Shown: positions 1-9,156 of the stretch, in pieces
Position numbering within the stretch: the stretch's first letter is position 1
Layout: each line of letters starts with the position of its first letter
Origin: an uncultured Alphaproteobacteria bacterium
GTDB taxonomy: Bacteria > Pseudomonadota > Alphaproteobacteria > RF32 > CAG-239
DNA length: 64,000 nt
Assembly (NCBI GenBank): GCA_944391405.1
Contig: CALXTN010000001.1
Span: 4,503-68,502, forward strand
Reading direction: 5' to 3'
Translations under genes and position numbers: made by a program
The notes under the pieces: generated by a model
Databases searched by the model: none
Told to the model about the DNA's origin: nothing
Seen by the model: the letters and a program-made list of their open reading frames with translations, nothing else

Positions 1-1253
1 GCAAAATCTATATAAGCGGCGCAAAAAATGCAGCACTGCCACTTATTTGCGCTTCTCTTTTGACTGATAAAAGTGTTATTATAAAAAATGTACCCCAACT
101 TTCAGATATAACATTTTTAAATAGCCTTCTTAAATATTTAGGAATGAATATCTCTCAAAAACAAGAAATCTTTGAACAGCATCAATCTTCAACATATATT
201 TACCAAGCAAATCAAATTACGAATCTTATCGCCCCTTATGATTTTGTAAGAAAGATGAGAGCATCTTATTATGTACTTGGCCCATTGCTTGCACGATTTA
301 AGCATGCTGAATTATCTCTTCCTGGTGGTTGCGCAATTGGCGCCAGACCAATTGATATTCATTTATCTTCTCTTGAACAAATGGGAGCTAAAATTGAAAT
401 AAAAAATGGATACGTCATTGCTGATGCTCCCAATGGACTTACAGGTGCTCATATAATATTTAGTAAAGCATCAGTTGGTGCTACTTGTAATATTCTTATG
501 GCTGCAACACTTGCTTCAGGTATTACTAAAATAGAAAATGCGGCTAAAGAGCCGGAAATAGCTAACCTTATAGATTTACTTAATGCTATGGGGGCTAAAA
601 TTGAGGGCAAAGATACATCTATTTTAACTATTGAAGGTGTTGAAAAACTACATTCTGCAGAGATTGCTGTTATTTCAGACAGAATCGAAGCTGGCTCTTA
701 TGCAATTGCTGCCGCTATTACTCATGGAAAAATTGAATTAGTCAACGCTCAAGCTGATTTTCTCCAACAACCCTTGCGCGTTTTGGAAAAAATGGGTGTA
801 GATGTTTCCATAAATGATAATTCCATAACTATTGATGGCATCAATAAAACTATAGTTGGAGAAGATATCTATACAGATTATTATCCAGGATTTCCTACAG
901 ATTTACAAGCTCAATTTATGGCTTTGATGACGGTTGCTGAAGGTGCTTCTTTAGTTACCGAAAGCATTTGGGAAAATCGTTTTATGCATGTGCCAGAGTT
1001 GTGTCGCATGGGGGCGAATATTAATATTCATGGACACGCATCTGCCATTGTTCGTGGTGTAAAAAAACTTTCAGGCGCCCCCGTTATGGCTACAGATTTA
1101 AGAGCTTCTTTTGCTCTTGTTCTCGCAGGACTTGTTGCTGACGGAGAAACTATTGTAAATCGTGTTTATCACTTAGACAGAGGATATGAAAGACTTGAAG
1201 AAAAGCTTAGATCTGTCGGCGCCAATATTGAACGTATTAAAGAGAGCGATTAA
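1..1253 (+). CDS. murA: UDP-N-acetylglucosamine 1-carboxyvinyltransferase MurA (5' end cut by window edge)
   Basis: The reading frame is open from nt 3 (KIYISGAKNAALPLICASLL...), upstream of the TTG where the ORF track starts. It has the active-site Cys loop PGGCAIGARPID and is collinear MurA-like to the stop at 1253. Confidence 0.93.
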   Translation, partial: KIYISGAKNAALPLICASLLTDKSVIIKNVPQLSDITFLNSLLKYLGMNISQKQEIFEQHQSSTYIYQANQITNLIAPYDFVRKMRASYYVLGPLLARFKHAELSLPGGCAIGARPIDIHLSSLEQMGAKIEIKNGYVIADAPNGLTGAHIIFSKASVGATCNILMAATLASGITKIENAAKEPEIANLIDLLNAMGAKIEGKDTSILTIEGVEKLHSAEIAVISDRIEAGSYAIAAAITHGKIELVNAQADFLQQPLRVLEKMGVDVSINDNSITIDGINKTIVGEDIYTDYYPGFPTDLQAQFMALMTVAEGASLVTESIWENRFMHVPELCRMGANINIHGHASAIVRGVKKLSGAPVMATDLRASFALVLAGLVADGETIVNRVYHLDRGYERLEEKLRSVGANIERIKESD

Positions 1254-2316
1254 TATTTCCTTGAAATAAAATTCCTCTTAACTTTTGCAAATTGCGACAA
1301 GATTTTCTTTCTTCTTTGTTATATAGGGTGAAAGTATTATAATTGTTGTACGCTTCCTCCAGCGCTTGAGTTAGATCTTCTCCGTAGCGCATAAGGTTGC
1401 TTATTCCGAGAATTGTCCATGATAGCCAAGCATCGTTTATTAACATTTGTGTTCTGCGTTTGGCTGATTTATATTCTTTAGTTTGTTGAAGCTCTGCTAA
1501 TCCTATGCGATTTTCAGTAATAACGTTCTTGGATTTAGCTAAACTGTCTATTCTATTGCGATAATTATATAAAGGTGTTTTGATAATAGATACAAGAGGA
1601 TTGACTAAAAAAGAACGATATATAAAAAAATCATCTTCTCCTAAGCTTATTTTTAGAGGAAATGTAAAATTGTGTTCTTCTATAAATTTTTTACGAAATA
1701 CCTGTCCTCTAACCCCCGTCCCTGAATAAAATAAATCACTATGCGCCTCTTTGCTATAAAAAGGAGAGAACAATGATAAATTATCTAATTTTTTTATTGG
1801 AAATTTAGCTTCTTCTTGCACTTGATTGGCCGCAACTTCTCCTCTTGTGTTTTTCACCCACTCTTTATCATACACATCATAGTACGCTGTCAGCAAAACG
1901 TCTGGAGAATCTTTCTTTAATTGTTTTAGTATTTGTTCAAAAGCATCTTCCTCCAGCCAATCATCGCTATCTACAAAAATTATATAATCTCCTTTGGCTT
2001 CAGAAATCCCTTTATTTCTACTAGCTGATACACCCTGATTTTTTTGTGTAATTACCTTTATATTAGAATATTTTTCGGCATAGTGCTGGAGTATATTTAG
2101 ACTTTTATCCGTCGAACCATCATTAATTGCAATTATTTCAAATTTTCCATCTTGATCTATAATACTGTCTATACATTGAGCCAAATATTTTTCTGCATTA
2201 TATACAGGCACAATAACACTGAGAGTTATTTGCTGCATTTTGAATATTCCTAATATTATCAAAATTGCAGCAAATATACTTCCATAAAATAATTTTATTT
2301 TCAGTTCTTTCATCAA
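1237..2316 (-). CDS. Family-2 glycosyltransferase with N-terminal membrane anchor
   Basis: GT2 signature LSVIVPVYNAEKYLAQCIDSI...INDGSTD...IIFVDSDDW. Its 3' end overlaps the murA 3' end convergently by 17 nt. Confidence 0.8.
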   Translation of the reverse strand: MMKELKIKLFYGSIFAAILIILGIFKMQQITLSVIVPVYNAEKYLAQCIDSIIDQDGKFEIIAINDGSTDKSLNILQHYAEKYSNIKVITQKNQGVSASRNKGISEAKGDYIIFVDSDDWLEEDAFEQILKQLKKDSPDVLLTAYYDVYDKEWVKNTRGEVAANQVQEEAKFPIKKLDNLSLFSPFYSKEAHSDLFYSGTGVRGQVFRKKFIEEHNFTFPLKISLGEDDFFIYRSFLVNPLVSIIKTPLYNYRNRIDSLAKSKNVITENRIGLAELQQTKEYKSAKRRTQMLINDAWLSWTILGISNLMRYGEDLTQALEEAYNNYNTFTLYNKEERKSCRNLQKLRGILFQGNINRSL

Positions 2317-2382
2317 AATTTCCTATAATCTTTCCTTTTATACAAGCTTAGCTTATAAAAGAATGATTGCAAGTAACTTTCT

Positions 2383-3312
2383 CTATATAATTTTTAATTG
2401 TTTATAGAGTGGACGGTCTGTCCTTATATTTAAATAACTGCATTTTATTCGTTTGCAAAAATTTTCCATTTCTTTCCGTTTTTGCAAAAAATGTTGATAA
2501 TAAATATCTTTAAATCCGTTAGAGAAAGTTTCAAACGTTACTTTTTCCCCTCTATATTCGGCCATGTATCTTCCATCAAGCGGAGCATATTCTTCTATAA
2601 CATCATACACATTTATACAATAAAGCTGAGAACGTCTGCTCAAAGCAACGAGATTTCGTTTTGCCGTATTACTTATATTGTTATAATCGCTTATAACAAA
2701 AATCATAGCTTTACCTTTGGTACTGTATTGCAAAATCCTTAATGTTTCTGACAGATCTTTTAGTTCATCTGTATTATATTTACGAGATAAAACGGCTAAA
2801 CTTGTTTCTGATACAGCCTTAAAAATTGCCATTAGATTTTTCTGATTATTTTGTGGCTTAAACATTTTGGTTTCATATCCATCAAACAAAATCAAACCAT
2901 ATCTATCTTTGTTTGCTAGACTTTGCCACCCTAATAGTGCAGCTAATTTGGATGCTGCCACAGACTTCAATTCATTTCTTGTTCCAAATAGCATATATGG
3001 AGACAAATCTAAAACCACATAGACCTCTCTATCTTTTTCCTCTGAAAATACCTTTGTATATGTATCCCCTTTTCGAGCGGTCACACGCCAATCTATATCC
3101 CTGACATCATCTCCATAACCATAGCTTCTGACTTCTTCTAGTTCCATTCCTCTCCCTTTGAAGGCTGAACGAATGTCTCCGGCTTGATATGAAGTTATAT
3201 TGTTGTGGCGTTGTTTTATGTATGGAAGAAACTTGCGTTGCGCAATGAGTTCATCTACACCAACGCTTAATCCTTGCATGCTATTTATTTTTTCTTCCCG
3301 TCTAAAAAACAT
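2383..3312 (-). CDS. DUF58 family protein (vWA-like), partner of the MoxR ATPase
   Basis: Motifs GMELEEVRSYGYGDDVRDIDWRVTARKG...VYVVLDLSPYM are typical of DUF58. It lies directly downstream of moxR. Confidence 0.8.
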   Translation of the reverse strand: MFFRREEKINSMQGLSVGVDELIAQRKFLPYIKQRHNNITSYQAGDIRSAFKGRGMELEEVRSYGYGDDVRDIDWRVTARKGDTYTKVFSEEKDREVYVVLDLSPYMLFGTRNELKSVAASKLAALLGWQSLANKDRYGLILFDGYETKMFKPQNNQKNLMAIFKAVSETSLAVLSRKYNTDELKDLSETLRILQYSTKGKAMIFVISDYNNISNTAKRNLVALSRRSQLYCINVYDVIEEYAPLDGRYMAEYRGEKVTFETFSNGFKDIYYQHFLQKRKEMENFCKRIKCSYLNIRTDRPLYKQLKII

Positions 3313-3339
3313 TCAAACACACCATTTAAATACATTGTT

Positions 3340-4332
3340 TTAAGGGAGTGGCACCATCTTTAAAATATTGGAAATGATATCATCACTTTTTAATCCTTCC
3401 GCCTGTGCTTCAAAACTCAATATAATACGATGTCTTAGAACATCATACACGACATCATGAATATCTTCAGGAATAACAAAATCACGTCCTTTTAGCCATG
3501 CATTTATTTTTGCACATTTATCTAATGCTATTGTAGCGCGAGGACTAGCCCCGTAAAGTATCTTCTCTTTTAACGAACTATCATATTTTTCTGGATGTCT
3601 GGTGGCCATTATTAATTGTACCAAATAATTCTCCAAATTATCATTCATATAAACGGAGAGTACGTTTTTTCTTGCATTCAACACATCTTCTATTTTAATC
3701 TTTCCAACATTACCAAAAAATTCTTTTTCGGCTGTCTGATCCTCATGTTTTCCTTGTTGTTCTGCTCGTACTAGTCTTAATATTTTGTGTTCTGTTTCTG
3801 CATCTGGTTGATCAATCTTTATATACATTAAAAAGCGGTCTAGCTGTGCTTCAGGCAAATTATATGTTCCCTCTTGTTCAATTGGGTTTTGAGTTGCCAA
3901 AACCATGAACAATGGCGGTAACACGTATTGTTTCCCTCCTACACTCACTTGACGCTCCGCCATAGCCTCCAGCAAAGCAGATTGAACCTTTGCCGGAGCA
4001 CGGTTAATTTCATCAGCCAGCACTAAATTAGCAAAAACAGGGCCTTTGCGAAATTCAAATTCGCCTTTTTCTGCCACATAAATATCACTTCCCGTTATAT
4101 CCGACGGGAGCAAATCCGGTGTAAATTGAATACGGTTGTAATGTGCTTGTATACAATCCGCCAAAGTTTTTATAGCTTTTGTCTTAGCCAACCCTGGAGC
4201 ACCCTCTAATAAGGCATGACCATCTGCTAACAGCGTGATTATAAGTTTTTTCACTAATTCCTGTTGCCCAACAATTCTATTATCCAGATAATTTTGTAAA
4301 GCGACGATTTTCTCCCTAATTTCGCTCATCAT
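3340..4332 (-). CDS. MoxR-family AAA+ ATPase
   Basis: Walker A LLEGAPGLAKTKAIKTLA, Walker B LVLADEINRAPAKVQSALLEAMAERQV, and a MoxR-like length of 330 aa. Confidence 0.88.
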   Translation of the reverse strand: MMSEIREKIVALQNYLDNRIVGQQELVKKLIITLLADGHALLEGAPGLAKTKAIKTLADCIQAHYNRIQFTPDLLPSDITGSDIYVAEKGEFEFRKGPVFANLVLADEINRAPAKVQSALLEAMAERQVSVGGKQYVLPPLFMVLATQNPIEQEGTYNLPEAQLDRFLMYIKIDQPDAETEHKILRLVRAEQQGKHEDQTAEKEFFGNVGKIKIEDVLNARKNVLSVYMNDNLENYLVQLIMATRHPEKYDSSLKEKILYGASPRATIALDKCAKINAWLKGRDFVIPEDIHDVVYDVLRHRIILSFEAQAEGLKSDDIISNILKMVPLP

Positions 4333-4446
4333 ACCCTCTCTGTTTTATTTCTGTTCTAAAAAACCATAAAAAACTTTTAATTCAAAATTTATCTTGTATA
4401 ACTCTATATATGATTTTGATTAACAAAAAACAAGAAATTTTACAAG

Positions 4447-6852
4447 ATGAGTAACATTTTTGATTTTGATGAGAGTGATGATAGTTCCGCACCTATTACC
4501 TATGATAATATTAGTGCGCTTAAACCGACTTGTCCATTTCTGGACAATTTAAATCCCGAGCAATCACAAGCTGTACAAAAAACAGAAGGGCCTTTGTTGG
4601 TTTTGGCTGGAGCCGGAACAGGTAAAACGAAAGTATTAACAACACGCTTAGCCTATATCTTGCAAAACAATTTTGCACACCCTTGGAACTGTTTAGTGGT
4701 TACCTTTACAAATCGCGCTGCTAATGAAATGAAAGAACGTGTCAGAAGTTTTATCGGAGATGCAGTTAATTCTGTTTGGCTAGGTACATTCCACAGTATT
4801 TGCGTTAAAATATTAAGAAAATATCCAGAACTCGCTGGCCTGAAGGCAAATTTTACTATTTTAGGTGAAGATGATCAAAAACGTGTTATTAAAAAAGTAT
4901 TACAAGAAAACTCTATTGATGAAAAACAGTATCCACCGCAATCTATTCTAGAAAAAATATCTCGTTTTAAAGATAAAGGTTACACTATTGAAAAAATTGC
5001 GAACGACTGCAAAAATAATATAACAGTATTCATTTATAAAGAATATCAGAAAAAACTTATTGAAATGAACTGTGTCGATTTTGGAGATATTCTTTTGTAT
5101 GTTCTGGATATGTTATTAAAAAATCCGACTATTTTACAAGAGTATCAGCAACGTTTCAAATATATTATGGTCGATGAGTATCAAGATACAAACGTTACTC
5201 AGTATTTATTATTGCGCCTACTTTCTCAACTTCATAGAAATATTTGTTGCGTTGGAGATGACGATCAATCTATTTATTCTTGGCGTGGCGCAGAAATTGA
5301 AAATATTTTAAAATTCACAGAAGATTTTCCAGAGGCTACAACTATTCGACTGGAACGAAACTATCGGTCAATTGCTAATATTCTTAACGCGGCGTCCGCC
5401 GTTATTAGCCATAACACAAAGCGCTTAGGAAAGACCTTAAAAGTTGCGGAACATAGTCCTGTTTCTGATTGTTCTAATGAAAAAATTAAAGTTGTCAGCA
5501 CATACAGCGGAGACGATGAGGCAAAATATATCACGCAAGAAATTCAACGCTTAAAATATAAAGGAATCGCTTATGATGAAATGGCGGTTTTAGTTAGAAC
5601 AGCATCTCAAACACGTGCCTTTGAAGAAAGCTTTATTAAAGAATCTCTCCCATATAAAGTCGTCGGAGGTTTAAAATTCTATGAGCGTGCTGAAATTAGA
5701 GATTTATTGGCTTATTTTCGTCTTGTTCTGCAACCTAGTGACGATTTAGCCTTTGAGCGCATCATCAATAAACCTGCTCGTGGTATTGGTGAAAAGACTG
5801 TCGATAAATTCCGCGAAAGAGCAAAAACGCACGAGTGCTCCTTATATCAAGCAATGATTGACTTAATGGGCGAAGGTTCTTTTTCAGGAAAAACATTACA
5901 CGCTCTTGATGCTTTCGTAACGCATGTTAATGAGTGGCGCCGTATATTACCAGCTGTTTCATTAAGTGATTTTGCCGAACAAATTGCTGATGAATCAGGA
6001 TATTTTACCATGCTTGAACAAGATAAATCTGTTGAAGCTGCGGGAAGAATTGAAAACATTAAAGAGCTCATTAACGTTATGAGCGATAATGAAAATTACC
6101 CTAACCTCTCTGAATTTTTAGAGCATGTTAGCCTAGTTATTGATAATGAATATGGCGACAATTCCAATAAAATTATTATTTCTACCTTGCACGCAGCAAA
6201 AGGACTCGAATTTGATGCCGTATTTTTACCTGGATGGGAAGAAGGTATTTTTCCTCATCAAAAATGTCTTGATGGAGATGATGGAGGCATTGAGGAAGAA
6301 CGCCGTTTGGCCTATGTTGCTATTACGCGTGCAAAAAAACTTTTATATATAACTATGGCCTTTAATCGTAAATTATATGGACAATGGCAGAGCAATCTTC
6401 CATCTCGGTTCTTAAACGAATTACCACCAACTTGTATTGATCTTATCAATAATACAGGGTATGGTGCCGTATCTAAGACCAAACTCGCTTCCGATAGTTC
6501 ATATTCTTACGCAAAATCCTCTTATAACAGCAACAAATATTCGGACAGTTATCGTTCATCTTATTCAGACAATTATTCATCTTCTTATTCTAAAAAAGAG
6601 AAGCATGGTTTCTTTGATAGTTATGAAAGCGCTGCTTATGATGAATGTGACGATGATAATTCATACAAGACAAAGTATAAAAACGATTATTTTTATCAAA
6701 CTAAAAAGGTTTCGCCTTTGGTGGGCAAGAAAGTACGCCACACTACTTTTGGTAATGGAAAAATTGTTGATGTTGACGGAAACAAATGCGAAGTATTTTT
6801 TGATAATTTCGGTAAAAAGAAAATTATGAAAAGCTTTTTGGAAATACTTTAA
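4447..6852 (+). CDS. uvrD: UvrD/PcrA/Rep-family SF1 DNA helicase with Ser/Tyr-rich linker and C-terminal Tudor-like domain
   Basis: Motifs AGAGTGKT, VDEYQDTN, YSWRGA, LERNYRS, TLHAAKGLEF and AYVAITRAK. The C-terminal segment is VGKKVRHTTFGNGKIVDV. Confidence 0.88.
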   Translation: MSNIFDFDESDDSSAPITYDNISALKPTCPFLDNLNPEQSQAVQKTEGPLLVLAGAGTGKTKVLTTRLAYILQNNFAHPWNCLVVTFTNRAANEMKERVRSFIGDAVNSVWLGTFHSICVKILRKYPELAGLKANFTILGEDDQKRVIKKVLQENSIDEKQYPPQSILEKISRFKDKGYTIEKIANDCKNNITVFIYKEYQKKLIEMNCVDFGDILLYVLDMLLKNPTILQEYQQRFKYIMVDEYQDTNVTQYLLLRLLSQLHRNICCVGDDDQSIYSWRGAEIENILKFTEDFPEATTIRLERNYRSIANILNAASAVISHNTKRLGKTLKVAEHSPVSDCSNEKIKVVSTYSGDDEAKYITQEIQRLKYKGIAYDEMAVLVRTASQTRAFEESFIKESLPYKVVGGLKFYERAEIRDLLAYFRLVLQPSDDLAFERIINKPARGIGEKTVDKFRERAKTHECSLYQAMIDLMGEGSFSGKTLHALDAFVTHVNEWRRILPAVSLSDFAEQIADESGYFTMLEQDKSVEAAGRIENIKELINVMSDNENYPNLSEFLEHVSLVIDNEYGDNSNKIIISTLHAAKGLEFDAVFLPGWEEGIFPHQKCLDGDDGGIEEERRLAYVAITRAKKLLYITMAFNRKLYGQWQSNLPSRFLNELPPTCIDLINNTGYGAVSKTKLASDSSYSYAKSSYNSNKYSDSYRSSYSDNYSSSYSKKEKHGFFDSYESAAYDECDDDNSYKTKYKNDYFYQTKKVSPLVGKKVRHTTFGNGKIVDVDGNKCEVFFDNFGKKKIMKSFLEIL

Positions 6853-6881
6853 TACAGCTTCTATGCTTTATTTTCCTCAAA

Positions 6882-7346
6882 TTACTTTTTCTGCCTAAAT
6901 GAGAAATATTTGTGCACAAAAAAGGTCAAAACAGTAATAATAACGATACAGCATAATTGAGCTACCGCTTTATCTAAATTAGGAACTTCTTGAAGAATAT
7001 TCTGTGGAGATAAATTTTCTTGTACGCGGATTGCGCTAACAAAGAAAGCCAAAAGTCCAGTATTTATAAAATACAAGACAATATAAGACGAAAAAGCTTT
7101 TAAATATTCTTGTTTAAAATTACCCTGACTTTGAAATACATAATAGCGCATTGTGACAATGGATATATTAATATTAATTATATTCATCAGCAATAAAGAT
7201 ATTTGTTCGCGACCTTGAGTTAAATATAAAAACAGATAGTATAAAACAAAGGATGTTGTTGTATTAAAGCCACCTACCAGCAAAAAACGTATTTTTTGAT
7301 TTATTTTAAACCATATATTTTCTAAATATTTATAAGCTTTAATCAT
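6882..7346 (-). CDS. GtrA-family small polytopic membrane protein (candidate lipid-linked sugar flippase)
   Basis: RFLLVGGFNTTTSFVLYYLFLYL plus four predicted TM segments. It is the last gene of the four-gene glycosyl-modification cluster. Confidence 0.7.
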   Translation of the reverse strand: MIKAYKYLENIWFKINQKIRFLLVGGFNTTTSFVLYYLFLYLTQGREQISLLLMNIININISIVTMRYYVFQSQGNFKQEYLKAFSSYIVLYFINTGLLAFFVSAIRVQENLSPQNILQEVPNLDKAVAQLCCIVIITVLTFFVHKYFSFRQKK

Positions 7347-8166
7347 CGTTTATACCTTTCAGGCAATCTTTATCCAAAGTGGCCAATAACTCTATACCTC
7401 TTGTTTTTGATATTATATTTTTATCCGAAAGGATATCTATATTTTGTTTATCAACATCCGGCGTCCCGGGATGCATCATTATTTCAATTCCATTATAATT
7501 TTCAGGAATTTTAATTTTCTTTAAAACTTCAGCATTCATATTCCCTGTATATATAATGCTAAAAAAGTAAATATCTGACTTAGCTTTTGCCATAAATCGC
7601 AAAAATGTTAGAATAGCATATTTAATAACTCCTCCATTTTTTATTCCGCCTATTTCATGCTGATCTTTCCATGTTTTGAAGATATTCTCATTAATCACTC
7701 TCAATCTTTTAATTGCATATTTTTTCTGCAATCTCACCATAATCTTATATATCATTGGGATCATTTGAATATGACGATGTCCATCAATGTGAGAAAGAGC
7801 AATATCATTATTTAGTGCGGCTTTAATTTGTGCCTCAATCTCTCTCCAAATTTGAAACCTCACTCTTTTTAAATACATCGTTCTATACATAATTTTTACA
7901 AATCCACAACAAAAATTTCCTTTTGAATTTACGAGATTTTTAACTTTATTTGGCAGACACAAAGGGATGCCATTTGTTAAATTTATGTGTACACCGATGC
8001 TCACATGATTCATTTGCTTACTTAATTGTATTGCCTCTTCCGTTCCGGATTGATTCATCATAATGCTAGTTGAATTTACTATTCCTTCCGTACTCCCTTT
8101 GTAAATAGCCATATTTACACCATGGCTAAAACCAAAGTCATCAGCATTAATATAGACTTTTTTCAT
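7339..8166 (-). CDS. YdjC/ChbG-family carbohydrate deacetylase
   Basis: MKKVYINADDFGFSHGVNMAI...DGHRHIQM. The internal ATG at 8166 is preferred over the longest ORF start at 8214. It overlaps the upstream GT2 stop. Confidence 0.75.
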   Translation of the reverse strand: MKKVYINADDFGFSHGVNMAIYKGSTEGIVNSTSIMMNQSGTEEAIQLSKQMNHVSIGVHINLTNGIPLCLPNKVKNLVNSKGNFCCGFVKIMYRTMYLKRVRFQIWREIEAQIKAALNNDIALSHIDGHRHIQMIPMIYKIMVRLQKKYAIKRLRVINENIFKTWKDQHEIGGIKNGGVIKYAILTFLRFMAKAKSDIYFFSIIYTGNMNAEVLKKIKIPENYNGIEIMMHPGTPDVDKQNIDILSDKNIISKTRGIELLATLDKDCLKGINDD

Positions 8167-9154
8167 TTCTCTTCCTTTGAGCTTTAAATACATTGTTTTT
8201 ATCAGATACCACAATATAATCTGCCATATAAAGAGGTCGTTTCTTTACTTCCATATGGATTTTTCCAATATACTCTCCAATAATTCCCAAAGCTAAAAGA
8301 ATAACAGATCCCAGAAAAGACATTGTTACCATAATTGTTGCATAACCAGGTGTTCTGTGCTGAATTATATAGTATTCAATTATCACATAGCCTCCAAGCA
8401 CAATTGAAATAAACGCGCCTAAAAGTCCAAGATAGGTTGCTAGACGAAGAGGTCTTACGGAAAATTGAATAATACCATCCATAGCCAGAGCACAACTTTT
8501 AAATACACCGTATTTAGAATTTCCGCTAAACCTTTTGGGAGCCACAAAATCAATAGTTTTCACTCTATCTGTCGGCATTATCCAACTTAACAATCCCCTA
8601 AATAATCTGTCATGTTCATTAAAACCTTTTAAAAAGTCAACATAGCGTCTATCCAATAAGCGAAAATCAGGACTTTTAGAAGGAATTTTTGTATCTGAAA
8701 GCCAGTTTAGGATTTTGTAAAAAATATTTGAGAAAAATTTATAAGCACACCCTGTACCTAAATTATCTAATCTACGGCTTAATACAATTTCAGCACCATC
8801 TGCCAAAAATTCTACCATTTGCGGAATATATTCCGGAGGATGCTGCAAATCAGCATCCATAAAAATCACAGCATTCCCTAACGCATGATCCATTCCTGCA
8901 GTCATTGCGATTTCGTGTCCAAAATTTCTCTTTAAATTTACTATTCTTATATCACCATCCTGTTTTTGAAGTTGTTTTATTTTTTTCAATGTATTATCTC
9001 TTGAACCATCATTCACAAAGATATATTCAAACCTATATTTTAGCCCAATATTTTTATTTTGTTTCGTATTTACGATTAACTCTTTATATAATTCAGCAAT
9101 ATTTCCTTCTTCATTATAGGCTGAAATAACAATACTTATAATCTTTTGGGACAT
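8147..9154 (-). CDS. Polyprenyl-phosphate glycosyltransferase, GT2 (ArnC/GtrB/LgmA-like)
   Basis: ISIVISAYNEEGNI...VNDGSRDNT...IFMDADLQHPPE plus two C-terminal TM helices, which is the ArnC/DPM1-like architecture. Confidence 0.82.
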   Translation of the reverse strand: MSQKIISIVISAYNEEGNIAELYKELIVNTKQNKNIGLKYRFEYIFVNDGSRDNTLKKIKQLQKQDGDIRIVNLKRNFGHEIAMTAGMDHALGNAVIFMDADLQHPPEYIPQMVEFLADGAEIVLSRRLDNLGTGCAYKFFSNIFYKILNWLSDTKIPSKSPDFRLLDRRYVDFLKGFNEHDRLFRGLLSWIMPTDRVKTIDFVAPKRFSGNSKYGVFKSCALAMDGIIQFSVRPLRLATYLGLLGAFISIVLGGYVIIEYYIIQHRTPGYATIMVTMSFLGSVILLALGIIGEYIGKIHMEVKKRPLYMADYIVVSDKNNVFKAQRKRNEKSLY

Positions 9155-9156
9155 TT

